From positions 48,608,001-48,672,000 of the forward strand of contig OX597817.1 in NCBI GenBank assembly GCA_951406725.2: 64,000 nucleotides of DNA. The letters are read 5' to 3'. The notes under the pieces are model-generated. The model was not told the origin of the DNA, searched no databases, and saw only the letters and a list, made by a program, of their open reading frames with translations. Shown here one piece after another: positions 1 through 13,330 of this stretch. A program made the position numbers and the translations under genes. The stretch's first letter is position 1. Every line of letters starts with the position of its first letter. This DNA is from Octopus vulgaris (Eukaryota).

Positions 1-959
1 AGGTTGTAACATTATTCGAAAATAAACTGTTATATAATAATATTTTACATTAATGATGACGGTTTTACTAATTTTCCCCAGAAAATATAGAACCAATCTT
101 CAATAACCCAGAAATACAACGAAACTCTTGCTATGATCGTGAAGCCAAAATTTTTGAACTATTCAATATTTTATCCACACGACCAGTTCACACACACAAC
201 CGTCTGTTTATAAACCCATTATTTGTGTAGCAGTTTCTGGCTTCAGAATTATAGATTAATGGATAAAAATAACCTAATAATCCTCAACATTCTTTAATCT
301 GAAGAGATTTGCTTGTCCAGTTCGTTGTTATTATTTGAATCCTATCATACTCTTTTCGATTGAAGTCGTATGTTTTCTAAAAGTTTGCTTGATGTTATAC
401 AGCAAATGGACTATGTTAAAATTAATACTTTGAACAGCTAGCCATCAACAGCTTTCACTAGAATCATTTAGGTCTAACGGCAAAAAATTGCTTGTGGTAT
501 TTTCTTTTTGGCCATCTTTATGAGTTTAAAAGATATGATAGCTCGCTAGTGCTAACTTATATAAGTTTCAATTCCTGTCTATTTATATTTTATTTAGTTT
601 ATTCTCTTCAGAGAGACAATTTCTTTTCGTCCCACCATTACAATCTAACACATTATGCCACCCACGGGATAATCTGTATGGAAAGTGGTGATGATAATAT
701 ATTTTCTAAGAGAATCCACAATTCGTAAAAAAACTATGATTAGTATCTGGCATCTTTAATAAAATCAATTTTTTGTTGATTTTTTTCCCCTTAATTTCTG
801 CTGCTAACCTAAAAACCTTTTGTGTTGCTTTACTATTATCAGTTGAACTTTTCCCAAACGATTTTATTGACCGCGCGCATACATACACAATTGATCAGTT
901 AAAAATATATTAAGAAAAAGCTGTCACTGCATTTCAATCGTACTAAACGTAGCAGTAGT

Positions 960-1244
960 CACTAACAATCAATGACTGGCACACCTAGGTGACGTCACGC
1001 AGGTAATGCAGGTAGATAACCACATTAAAAAATAAGTAGAACAGTCTAAAGGTGGTAAGCGACCACTTCGTAACAAAAAAGCCGAGGGGGGAGTTATATT
1101 GAAAAGAAAAAAAAAAAAAGGCGCTGTTTATTCACAGAAATAATTTTCCATCTGTTCCCACATCACAATTTTTATTTATTTATCACAGCTTCGGGGGATA
1201 AGGTCTAACATCAACTTCCGCTTATCGTCCACACTGGAACTGCC
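960..1244 (+). promoter_or_regulatory. Putative promoter / 5' region of exon A
   Basis: Repeat-free, CpG-retaining region. Full CRE TGACGTCA at 990-997, CAGGTA at 1000 and 1009, AGATAA GATA site, and an acceptor-like tttatcacag ending at 1188. Confidence 0.45.
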
Positions 1245-1515
1245 ATGCCCACTGAGCGGAATTTCCCGAAGATCTTCTTCATCGCAGGTCTTACTGGGAC
1301 CTTTCTAGCAGGACTGTTCAAACTGATTTGTTTTTCTAGTTCACACTGGATCGATCGACATGAAGGTGGTGATCCAAATTTCATTAGTGCAGGTTTATGG
1401 GAAGTATGTTATGATGGTTATAAAAGACCGGACTCTATGAGTGGCCAAAACTACAAAGGATGTTACTGGGTATTTTCAGACGAAGTAAGAGCTCTCCGGG
1501 ATATTATATTGCCAT
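1245..1515 (+). CDS. Claudin-superfamily (Sinuous/Kune-like) gene, first coding exon variant A: N-terminus, TM1 and ECL1
   Basis: ATG at 1245 in gccATG context. Translation has a hydrophobic TM1, then FSSSHW...AGLWEVC-x17-GCYWVF, the claudin W-GLW-C-C signature. Donor CCAT|GTAAGT at 1515/1516, phase 1 (271 nt). Confidence 0.85.
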
Positions 1516-2857
1516 GTAAGTACTTTATAAGCAATTATTTACTGGACATTTTTTGGTATGAAATCATTATCTCCCTTACGTAAACAAGCTTTGAACTTTC
1601 ATTATCGTGGGATGTTCGGTTTATCGCATGACATCTTCCCAAGCTTACAATCTGTTAATTCGTGTTATGTTGACATCGATCTTAAATACCTATTTCTTTA
1701 CTACCTACAAGGAGCTAAACACAGAGAGGACAAACAAGGACAGACAAAGGGATTAAGTCGATTAGATCGAGCTCAGTGCGTAACTGGTACTTAATTTATC
1801 GACCTCGAAATGATGAAAGGCAAAGTCGACCTCGGCGGAATTTGAAATCGATCTTAAATATCGTTGACCCATTCACATTATTCTAACTGTTACTGGCATG
1901 GTATCTGTTTGTGGTCAACAAAAGTATGTATTTGATTCAATTAGAACAAACTTCGATGTCTTTTATTTCGAAACTCACTTTTTAATAATCTTTTCACTTT
2001 CATTAAGAAACCAGAAACCAAACCAATTTTGTCTTCGTTTTAAATTAGCCTCCAAGGGATGGGAGTGTATCCATATCCATTGCAGGTCCTCCCAAGTTGA
2101 TGTTCAACTTGAATTTCTACCTGTTGATGTCTACAGACAAATCATACACGCAGAGAGAATTCTAGCGAGTAATCATTCTAGGGATGTCTTAGCAGTGCCT
2201 CTGGTCAAATTTAATGCATTGGGCCTTGTAGTATTTATTTATTGACAGCAATCAGATTCCTAGGCCTGTGAGATCCCCAGGCAAATCAATGCACTGGGTC
2301 CTATTGTTAGGGCCTGCCTTAGGGTTGCTGGCGCTAGATTAGTTGAACTTCGGCACCCTTACAAGTATAGTTTTTAAAAACTTTCACAAGGAGCAAAATA
2401 GAAAATGTAGACTAAAAAACACATGACACCCTGGGCGACTGCCCGAGTTGCTGGTACCTTGACCTATAGTAGTTATTGATTGACACTAAGTTACAGCATA
2501 CATAGATCAGAATTGGGTCCCTAGGTCTGTGAAACCCTTAGCAATTGCCCTGTGTGCCTGTGTCTTAAGATGGTACTGGGTAAGAGTTTGGATGAAATAC
2601 TTTGTAGGAGAAGCAGGTAAATTTGAAAGAAGACACAGAGGGAGTATGTATTTACTCTTTTACTTGTTTCAGTCATTTGACTGCGGTCATGCTGGAGCAC
2701 CGTCTTTAGGACATTCTTTGTAAGCCTAGTACTTATTCTATCGGTCTCTTTTGCTGAACCGGTAAGTTACGGAGATGTAAACACACCAGCATCGGTTTTC
2801 AAACGATGTTGGGGCGACAAACACAGACACACAAACACACACACACATACCTTTTAT

Positions 2858-2891
<34 letters not shown>

Positions 2892-3815
2892 GACGATGGG
2901 CTTCTTTCAGTTTCCGTCTACCAAATCCACTCACAAGGCTTTGGTCAGTTCGAGGCTACAGTAGAAGATACTTGCCCAAGGTGCCACACAGTGAGACTGA
3001 ACCCAGAACCATGTGTTTGGGAAGCAAGCTACTTTACCACACAGCCGCTCCTGCGCCTACACGCTGGAGTATTACACTGGTAGTGGTTGTAGTGTGTTGA
3101 TGAATGAGGATTTAGCAACCAATTTCAAAGGCATTTTTGTTCAATGCAATTGAGAATAGTCTGATAAGTTTTAGATAATTGAACCATGACTAATGTAATT
3201 CCAGCTTGTTGTGCAATCTGGCAGGTGATACTTATTAGTGGAATATATCGCATGATGGTAAGAAGATGAGGTCTAAAATCTTGGGCAGAGCTCTTTCTTG
3301 GGGAGACATGAAATATTCAAAAGAGTTACAGGATCCCAGTTTATTTATTCTGTAACAATCAGTAACCATTCCATTTCTGGTAACATATTCTGATGTAAGA
3401 CTTTCTTCTTCCTCATGGCATACAATTGTTAGAGCCTATCATAAGGTTGCTGGTGCCAGCATTGAGATGGTTTTGTGAAGAGTTTGCTGGCTGTTTCCTC
3501 TACAAAACTGATAATGCTTCACTGCAGCCAGTAAATTGGAATCATGATACTTTTCTTTAAATAAAACAAAACAGAAAAACTGTAGAATTTGAAGACACTA
3601 GTGATGGATTGAGCTGGCAAATTGTATAAAGAGAGATTTAGGCATGGCTGTGTGGTAAGAAGCTTGCTTCCCAATAACGTGGTTCCAGGTTCAATCCCAC
3701 CGCTTGGCACTTTGGGCAAGTGTCTTTTGCTATAGCCTTCGGCTGACCAAAGCCTTGTGAGTGGATTTGGTAGACGTAAACTGAAAGAAGTCTGTCATAT
3801 ATATCAATTCATTAA

Positions 3816-5778
3816 CACAAGAAGGACCGAGTGAGTCATTTGATGAATTTTGAAATCTTAATTGCTTACAGTTCCAAAACTATTGTAGATTTTGACATCA
3901 TAGTGCTTGAATTTTCATAGTTTTATGATATCTTTAGACACTATAAATTATAGGTTGCTTGCACCAACTGTAAAAAAAAATAATAAACCACTTCCTATAT
4001 GGATCACGTGCGTCAATTAATGGATGCATTGGCAACTTTTGAAAACTTGCACCTGTTTTGGTTAATAAATACATGTGACAATGTTTTAGATATTCAGTAA
4101 CTGCATAGCCTTTACAGCTCACAAAACAAAACTGCAGTTTGGCCAGAGCAGTTCATTACAACAGAAGGGAATTGCCAGAAGCAGTAGAACAGGTGGAACC
4201 AGTGCATGAAACTGGTTTTGAAATCCACAGAAAAGCCCACTGTCTCACTTATATCATACCAGTGTTAAAAATCAAAGTCTGTTGTTGTTGTTTTGAGTAC
4301 CTTGCATCAACATGTAGAAGATTCTTCTGAAAATAACCTCGAAAAAATGCCTGACACCATACTTTTTTTTATAACAAGAATAAGGTAGGCGTAGATGTGA
4401 TTGACCAAATCGCAAAACTTTATTCAGTCAAAGCAAGCAGTAGACAATGGCTAATGCATGTTTTTTTATAATATTTTGGATGTTGCTCTCAAAACAGCTG
4501 CGCAATTCAGTCATCAGTCGATGGGAAGATATTCAAAATGTTGCAAAAGAAATTTGTGGTGATTCACCTCGCGGTTGTTCGTGTACTATCAAATACCCTT
4601 TTGAAGAAAGCTCTACCTCTGGAACTAAAGTCAAATGTATGTGTGTGAAAACAAAATGCTGAAACAGAACCACAGAAATGCATGGAGTCTGTAAAAAAAA
4701 AAAGAATCTATGTATGCAATGTGTGCTAAAATGTTCTGATAGGCGTAGGAGTGGCTGTGTGGTTCGAAGCTTGTTTACCAACCACATGATTCTGGGTTCA
4801 GTCCCACTGCGTGGCACCTTGGGCAAGTGTCTTCTGTTATAGCCTTGGGCTGACCAAAGCCTTGTGAGTGGATTTGGTAGACGGAAACTGAAAGAAGCTC
4901 ATTGTTATATGTACATATATATATATATATGTGTGTGTATGTCTGTGTTTGTCCCCCCAACATCGCTTAACAACCGATGTTGGTGTGTTTACGTCTACGT
5001 AACTTAGCGGTTCGGCAAAAGAGGCCGATAGAATCAGTTCTAGGCTTACAAAGAATAAGTCCTGGGGTCGATTTGCTCAACTACATGCGGTGCTCCAGCA
5101 TGGCCGTAGTCAATTGACTGAAACGAGTAAAAGACTAAAAGAGAGTATGAATGTTTAGAATTTCAATAAATTTCTTTTTATTTTGTGAGGATAGATTTCT
5201 TTCAAAATATCAAACAATTGTGACTAATATCATCGAGAAGCCATAAAATTCAATAGAGTTATACATTTAATAAAGGTTTTCCACTTCTCCTTTTCTTTTT
5301 CTCCTTCATCATCATCATCATCGCTTCTCATGCTGTTATGGGTTGGACAGCTTGACTGAGGACTGGCAAGCCAGAAGGCAGTACCAGGCTCCAATCTGAT
5401 CTGGCAGGCTTTCTACAGCTGGATGCCCTTCCTAACACAAACCACTCCAAGAGTGTAGTAGGTGCTTTTTATGTGCCACCAGCATAGGGGCCAGTCAGGC
5501 GGTACTGGCATTGACCATGCTCAAATGGTGCATTTTATGTGCCACCGACATGGGAGCCATCAAGTGACACTGGAAATGACGACGCTCAAATGGTACTTTT
5601 GACATGCCACCGGCACAGGGGCCAGTCAAGTGACACTGGCAACGACCATGCTCAAATGGTACTTTTTATGTGCCACCAGCACAGGAGCCAGTCAGGCGAC
5701 ACTGGCAGAAAAACATCTTTGCATCAATTGATGCATTCTGGTCCTTAAAGGTAGGTGAAGAATCCAGTCCTGCTAATG
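3816..5778 (+). mobile_element. Internally deleted piggyBac-like element with nested SINE and LINE fragments
   Basis: TTAA flanks at 3812-3815 and 5779-5782, degenerate TIRs (CACAAGAAGGACCG / CATTAGCAGGACTG). 4345-4490 reads KMPDTILFYNKNKVGVDVIDQIAKLYSVKASSRQWLMHVFYNILDVA across frameshifts, followed by a Cys-rich tail near 4630-4740. Confidence 0.7.
5305..5705 (-). mobile_element. RTE LINE 3'-UTR fragment. Other copies near 24886-25573, 26090-26405, 28770-28920, 35595-35865, 38350-38843, 39030-39277, 41927-42184, 42530-42793, 46975-47370, 51385-51780, 55240-55525, 57700-57985
   Basis: Shared GAGTGGTTGGCGTTAGGAAGGGCATCCAGCTGTAGAAAC...CCCATGCTAGCATGGAAA motif and (GAT)n/(CAT)n tail, matching 14900-15078. 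Confidence 0.8.
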
Positions 5779-6449
5779 TTAAGAAGAATTATAAAGCTTT
5801 ACTCGTTAATAAATTAGTTAGACTTACAGTGAAGCCTTTTGTGTATGACACAAGTGTTGATGTTGTCTGGTGTTATTTTGATATTGCCTGAGTCAATTGA
5901 CTGTTGCCATGCTGGAGCACCACCTTGAAGGATTTGTAATTGAATGTATTGACCCCAGTACATTTTTTTTTACAAGCCTGGTACTTATTCTATTGGTTCC
6001 CTTTACTGAACTGCTAAGTTATGAGGATGTAAACACATGGTTGTGGGACACACACACATATGATAGACTTCTTTCAGTTTCCATCTACCGAATCCTCTGA
6101 CAAGGCATTGGTTGACTTGAGGTAATAGGTACCATGGTGTGAGACTGAACCCAGAACCATAGGGTTGCTGGCCTTGTGCCAAAATTTGAAACCAATAATT
6201 ACTAAGTTATTTTATTAAATTCTTCATTATTTTGAAAATTAATTGAAATAAATGCACTGCAAAGAGTTAAATGCTGCTGTCCATCATTTCAGAATATTAA
6301 AAAAATTCTCTGGCAGCTGTATAATGAGGCAAACCCATACCCTCTCCTTAAAGTTCTAACCTTATTCTGATAGTGTGGGTTCACTAGAATTTTTTCTAAC
6401 ATGGTACTGTTTATACTGTTAATTTGTCCATAACCAGTATTGACATGTG

Positions 6450-6748
6450 TGGAGGCACATGGCCTAGTGGCTAGAGCAGCGGACTCACAGTCGAGGGATC
6501 GCGGGTTCGAATCTCAGACCGGGTGATGTGTGTGTTTATGAGCGAAACACCTAAGCTCCACGCGGCTCCGGTAGAAGGTAATGGCAAACTTCTGCTGACT
6601 CTTTCGCCACAACTTTCTCTCATTCTTCCTCCTGCATCTTGCAGCTCACCTGCGATGGACCGGCGTCCCGTCCAGGTGAGGAACCTATACACCAAGGAAA
6701 CTGGCCCTTATGAGCGAGGCCTGGCTCGAGAAGGAACAAACAACAACA
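6450..6748 (+). mobile_element. tRNA-derived SINE family C with (CAA)n tail. Related heads at 52451-52755(+) and 33240-33520(-)
   Basis: TGGCCTAGTGG A-box, GGTTCGAATC B-box and the GAGCGAAACACCTAAGCTCCACG core. Confidence 0.8.
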
Positions 6749-7611
6749 GTATTGCCATCTGTGTAATTTCTTGTGAATTTAAAGTATTCTTTGTCATTAT
6801 TTTGTATAACTGTTTAATTAAGAAGTTAGCTTCCAATTACATGAATTTTGGGTTCAGTGCCATTGTATTGTATCTTGGGCAAGTGTCTTCTACTAAAGTC
6901 CTGGTCCTGGCTGGCTAAAGCTTTGTGAGTAGATTTGGTAGATCATCATCATAATTGTTTAACATTCATTTTTCCATGCTGGCATGGGTTGGTTGAATTG
7001 ACAGGAGCTGATGAGCTAAAAGACTGTGCCAAACTACAATATCTACTTTGGTATGGTTTCTATAGCTGAATGCCCTTCCTGACTTTAATTGTGGCAATGC
7101 TGGAGCACCACCTTTAGTTGAGCAAATCAACCCCAGAGCCTATTCTTTGTAATCCTTGTACTTATTCTATTGGTCTCTTTTGCTGAATTGCTATGTTACA
7201 GGGACGTAAACACACCAGCATTGGTTGTCAAGCAATGTTGGAGGGACAAACAGACACGAAAACATATACACACACATATATATACAGATATATATATAAT
7301 ATACAACAGGTTTCTTCCATTTTCCGTCTACCAAATCCACTCACAAGGCTTTGGTTGGCCCAAGGCTATAGTAGAAGACACTTGCCCAAGGTGCCACACA
7401 GTGGGACTGAACCCAGGACCATGTGGATGGTAAGCAAGCTACTTACCACACAGCCACTCCTGTATACATTTCTTGCCAAATTCTCTTCCCAATGTTTACA
7501 GCGCGGAACTGATCTCACGATCTGAAGCTTCTTCACTCATATCTGTATCCATTTGTATCAATATTATATTTGGAACATCTTAAGGGACGTATGAAACTAC
7601 TTTCTTCTAAC

Positions 7612-7750
7612 AATTCACGTAAGAGTCCGACAGTCCCTATCTGAAAGTTTTGGTTTTCTTCTGGAGTTCTGTTTCAATGAGGTGGTTTTTCCTTCTTTCT
7701 CAAAGGCTGTCATTACTTTCGAGACAGTACCTCTTGATACACCATACTTC
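7612..7750 (-). mobile_element. Fragment of the same Tc1 family (HTH region)
   Basis: YGVSRGTVSKVMTAFEKEGKTTSLKQNSRRKPKLSDRD matches the 9460-9590 region of the Tc1 copy. Confidence 0.8.
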
Positions 7751-9195
7751 TTTTCATCAACTGCCATCACTATTTCAGCCACTATTATCTGCACATTTCT
7801 ATGCAGAATGATTTCTTCCCCTCTTAAGTTCAACATTCTTTCTTGTACTAATATAAATAGTTCCTGCTTAGAGAGAAGAGCCTTCAATAAGGCAGGAATT
7901 TCTTTGTAGACCAACTAGAAATAGCAGCCAAATTTCCTTCTTATAACATCCTAACATCATCCTTTTCAACTCTATACACAAGGCTCGAAATTTTTGGGGA
8001 AGAGTCAGTCAATTAGATCGGCCCTAGTATGCAACTGGTACTTAATTTATCAACCCTGAAAGGATGAAAGGCAAAATTGACCTCAGCGAAATTTGAACTC
8101 AGAACATAAAGAAAGATGAAATACTGCTAAGCATTTCACTCGGCGTGCTAATGTTTCTGCCAGATTGCTGCTTTACATCCTAACATCATCATCAGTATCA
8201 TTGCTTAACATCTACTTTTCCATACTTGACAGAATTTGTAGAAGCAGATTTTCTATGGTCAGATACCTTTCTTGTTACTAAAACCTCACCTGTTTCCAAG
8301 CAAAATAATATTTCCTTGTGGCCAGACATCTATTTTTCTTTAGAAGACTGGAAATGAGCTACATTCTTGTTTACAACCATCCTGTGATGTTAAGGTAAAG
8401 TTACACAAACACACACACACACTTGTTTCTGATGATCAGCTGGTCAACTGAGCCTGATTTTTCTTTTGAATATTTTTTTGAAACATGAAATGAATGTTTG
8501 AAGAAAACATTTATCCTTATGTTCGTTTGTTTAAAAACATTTGTGAACGAGACCTGTAATACTGCCTACTTGAAAATCATGTTTTTGATTTCATTTCTGG
8601 TTCTTGTGGTAATATTATGAACATCTTAAACATTATACAATGCAATTTCATGACTTCACTTGTGTGGTGTTTAATGTAATCTGAGGTCAATTCTGGAGGG
8701 GGGGGGTCAATAAAATAACAGTCAAGCATTAGGATCAATGTATTAACTAACCCCACCCCTTAAACTAGATGTCCTTGTGCTAAAATTTGAAACCAATATA
8801 TAAGATACTAGAAAAGATTAAGGTAGTCCTTCCTGTTTGTTTGTAAGTAGTTAATGTCACACATTTTGCTATAATTGAAGTGCTACCAGTGTATTTTATT
8901 ACACCATACTTCTGTTTCACCTCCATATTGTATCTCACGATGTTTCTAGGTTGTTATGTTTCGTACAACTTGTTCATGTTAAAAGAGGAGAAAAGAGAAA
9001 CTTTGAAAAGAAAATACTTGATGTTATTAAACTGTGGCTGTGTGGTAAGTAGCTTGCTTACCAACCACATGGTTTTAGGTTCAGTCCCACTGCATGGCAC
9101 CTTGGGCAAGTGTCTTCTACTATAGTTTCGGGGTGACCAAAGCCTTGTGAGTGGATTTGGTAGATGGAAACTGAAAGAAGCCCATCACATATATA

Positions 9196-10455
9196 TAGTA
9201 GTTGGACAAAATAATGGAAACACCTAGCATAATAGCATCATAATTTTGAAATATCTATGAAACCATCAAAAGCTTGTTTATTTTTATGTTTTTTTGATTT
9301 ATTATTAGAGTTGCTTAATATGGTTTGTTAAAATTGCTGTTTCTCAGAAAAAGGTAATTAAAATTCATTAAAATGACAGATCTATCAGACTTTCAATGAG
9401 GTCAAATTGTTGTTCCTCGTATGGCAAGTGCTAGCGTAATGAAAACAGCCGAAATGTATGGTGTATCAAGAAGTACTGTCTCGAAAGTAATAACAGCCTT
9501 TGAGAAAGAGGGGAAAACCTCCTTGTCGAAACAGAACTCCAGAAGAAAACCAACACTTTCAGAAAGGGACCGTCGGATTCTTACGTGAATTGTTAGAAAG
9601 GATCACGAAAGTACAGCTCCCAAAATTACTGCAGAGTTTAATGACCACCTTGAGAACTCACTTCCCATAAAAACTGTTCGCTGGGAGCTGCACAAAGCTG
9701 GATTTCATGGGAAGGCTGCAATCAGAAAACCACTACTTTCAAAAACAAACGTTGCAAAGCATTTAGAATGGAGTAAAAACCTACAGAATTGGTCCCTAGA
9801 GCAGTAGAAGAATGATATTTTCTTGGACAAGTCATCCTTTACCCTATTTCTGACCACCGGCCAAATATACGCGTGGAGACAGCCAAAAGATCCATTTGAC
9901 CCAGACTGCCTTCTTCCAACTGTTAAACATGGAGGAGGATCTGTGATGATCTGGTGGGGTATATCTTGGAAATCTGCTGGCCCAATGGTTTCCCTTCATG
10001 GCAGAATTAATAGTCAAGACTATTTAAGCATTCTGTCTGATTTAAATTCATCCTATGATTGTGGAACTGTTTTCGGAGGGAAATGCAATCTTTCAGGATG
10101 ATAATGCACCAATTCACACAGCTAAATTTGTTACTGAATGGCACGAGGAACATTCTAGTGAAGTTAAACATCTTATCTGGCCACCACACTTCCCAGATCT
10201 CAATATTATTGAACATTTATGGTGCATTTTCGAAACACAAGTGATGAGACGATATCCTCCACCATCATCACTACGTGAACTGGAGACTTTTAGCTGAAGA
10301 ATGGACAAAAATTCCTTTGGAAACAATTCAAACTTTGTACAAGTCCATACCTCATAGAACTCAAGCTGTAATTACTGCTAAAGGCAGTCCTACCCCATAT
10401 TAAAATAAATTTGTTTGAAATTTTAAGGTGTTTCCATTATTTTGTCCAACCCCTG
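9196..10455 (+). mobile_element. Full-length decayed Tc1-family (DD34E) transposon inserted in the TA tract of a SINE
   Basis: TIR core GTTGGACAAAATAATGGAAACACCT at both ends, flanked by TA. Transposase pseudogene about 9373-10402 (MTDLSDFQ..., KHGGGSVMIW, FQDDNAPIH, PDLNIIEHLW) with stops and frameshifts. Confidence 0.93.
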
Positions 10456-11493
10456 TATATATGTGTGTGTGTGTATATGTTAGGGTGTCTGTGTTTGTCC
10501 CCTCATCATTGCTTGATAATTGATGATAGTGTGTTTACATCCCCATAACTTAACAGTTCGGCAAAAGAGATTGTTAGAATAAGTACTAGGCTTACAAAGA
10601 ATAAGTCCTGGGGTCGATTTGTTCGACTAAAGGTAGTGCTCCAGCATGGCTGCAGTCACATGACTGAAACAAATAAAAGAATAAAAAAAGTAAATTCTAC
10701 TAATAAGTGCAGGAGTGGCTGTGTGGTAAGCACCTTGGGCAAGTGTCTTCTACTATAGCCTCGAGCCGACCAAAGCCTTGTGAGTGGAATGGTAGACTGA
10801 ATGAAGCCCATCGTACATATGTATATATATATATATGTGTGTGTGTGTTTGTCCCCCCTCCCCCAACATCGCTTGACAACCGATGTTGGTGTTTAAGTCC
10901 CCATAACTTAGCGGTTCGGCCAAAGAGACCAATAGAATAAGCACTAGTCTTACAAACAATAAGTCCTGGGGTCAATTTGCTTGACTAAAGGTGGTGCTCC
11001 AGCATGGCTGCAGTCAAATGACTGAAACAAGTAAAAGAGTAATCATCAGATTGTTTTTAGTTCAAATTCTCTCTTTACTCTGTTTTACTCTTTTACTTGT
11101 TTCAGTCATTTGACTGTGGCTGTGCTGGAGCACTGCTTTTAGTCGAGCAAATCAACCCCAGGACTTATTCTTTGTAAACCTAGTACTTATTCTATCGGTC
11201 TCTTTTGCACACCAGCATCAGTGTTCAAGCGATGTTGGTGGTGGTGGTGGTGGGGGGGGGCGGAGACAAACACAAACACACACATATATATACATATATA
11301 TGACAGGCTTCTTTCAGTTTCCGTCTACCAAATCCACTCACAAGGCTTTGGTCAAGTGATGTTGGGGGACAAACACAGACACACAACATATACACACACA
11401 TACATATATATATTTCCTGAGCGCCATACTAATACAATTGTTCGTTTGTCTTCCACCTGCCTTCGTCTTTTGTCTATTTTCATAAAGCTTCCC

Positions 11494-11534
<41 letters not shown>

Positions 11535-11648
11535 ATATTTTGGAATGGTCATTTTGCCAGTTTAGCCAATAAAAACACACACACTATATATTTGGTGTTA
11601 CTTTGCTTCAGTGTTATTTATTTTTTACATTAATCTTAATCTTATTTC

Positions 11649-11693
11649 GGCCAGAGTTCTTTCGTCACACTCCTGTGACCGCATCAGTAGTCC
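11649..11693 (-). ncRNA. Degenerate hammerhead-like motif
   Basis: Minus strand CTA-CTGATGC-G-GTCAC-AGGAGT-GTGAC-GAAAGAACTC-TGG. A9 is replaced by C. Confidence 0.4.
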
Positions 11694-12281
11694 TTTGTTT
11701 TCTTCTTCCTTATTTGTGTCTCTCCTACTAACCGTCAGCCATTTTGTATTTCTATTGTATGTCTTCATTTGTACATGCTTATATCTCTATGTGCGTTTAT
11801 GTTTATTTAGTGTGTGTTTGTGGGGGATGCCTGTAATATTTGTATCTTCTGTTTATATATGTTCATGTAATTTGTAATTTTATATGTTCATGTAATTTGT
11901 ATTTTGTATTTTGTTTTTGTTGTTTTTGTTTATTCTTATTTTGTTCATGTGTTTACATCCACCCATTATTATCATTACATATGCTTGTATGTATGTATGT
12001 ATAACAACAATACTAGTAATAATAAGAATAAATTGAATCGAAAAAAAAAAAAATATATATATATATATATAGTTATTTATTTATCTGTGTATTTATTATG
12101 TTTTCAGGATCCTCTATCGTCATATGTTGTGGTGTGTGTTAGTGCTCCATTCTAGTTTTCTATTCAGGCTAGGTTTATTTTCTATTATGTGTGTAGCTTC
12201 TGTAATTTGTCTAATGAAATATAACAATATCTGTTTCAACACACGACTTCACATAAAAAATCTTGCACAACAAATATTTAA

Positions 12282-12323
<42 letters not shown>

Positions 12324-12719
12324 GATGGTCTTCTTTCAGTTTCCCTTTACCAAATCCACTCACAAGGCTTTGGTCAGCCCAAAGCTATAGTAATAGACAC
12401 TTGCTCAAGGTGCCATGGTGTGGGACTGAACCTGAAACCATGTGGTTCGCAAGCAAGCTACTTACCACACAGCCACTCCTTTGTCTTTTTCTATGAAAAT
12501 AATTTTCACATTTATTTTCTAAATCAGATTATTGTTGAATAACTCTAGCCAACTTTTCTGAAGTAAAAACTATGGTTATATACAGGTAGCTTGTCAAATG
12601 GACAGGGCTAGTGTGACATTCCAAACATATGGCTGTTAAGATGAGTAAACAAAGGAGCTTGTGTGAACTTACTTAACAAGCTACAAATAATAATCAAATC
12701 TCCCATTAATTACATTCTA

Positions 12720-13330
12720 TTGGGTCATCTCATAAATATTGTGGTTTTGTCAATTGCGTGAAATAAAAGTCAACTTGCAATAAGAGCAGGTAGTAATTTT
12801 ACTTAGTACTTATTCTTAGTGCAAGTTTTGAAGAGTGCAGTTTGATTTTAAGAGTTATTTTTTCAGAGCTATAATGGAAGTGACAAAGGAGCATATTCGG
12901 CATATTTTGCTTCACGAGTTCAATAAAGGCAACAATGCAGTGACAGTGTGAGGAATATTAATGCAGTATATGGTGATTGGACAATAAGCATCAGCCAATG
13001 TCAACGGTGGTTCCAGAAACTACAAGCCTAGAAGATCTGTAAGCTCGACAAGGATGTCCTGCAAACTCTGGTGGAGCAAAATCCCATCGTAACTGTTGAG
13101 GAACTAACAGAGAAGCTTGGATTTGGTCATTGAAAAAGTCAGGTTCCTCACAAACTTTCCGAGTCTAATCACATGCAAAGAGTGAATATGTGCTCTACTT
13201 TGCTGTCACATCTCATGAATAAACCCTTTCTGGACTAAATAGTGACTGGTGATGAGAAATGGGTTCTCTATAAAAATGTGAAGCACCAAAGACAGTAGGT
13301 AGAGAAAGGAGAAACACAGGCACCCCAGAA
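12720..13330 (+). mobile_element. Truncated mariner element (5' half)
   Basis: ATG at 12874: MEVTKEHIRHILLHEFNKG..., VPHKLS..., IVTGDEKWVLY. TIR-like GGGTCATCTCATAA near 12722. Confidence 0.85.

Noticed and set aside
492-888. Short ORFs upstream of exon A
   Set aside because: Non-ATG starts, no recognisable motifs and no convincing splice structure.
7170-7525. Recurrent ORFs with LLSVSVYQIHSQGFG / MPKVPRSGTEP motifs
   Set aside because: Translations of SINE family A copies, not a protein family.
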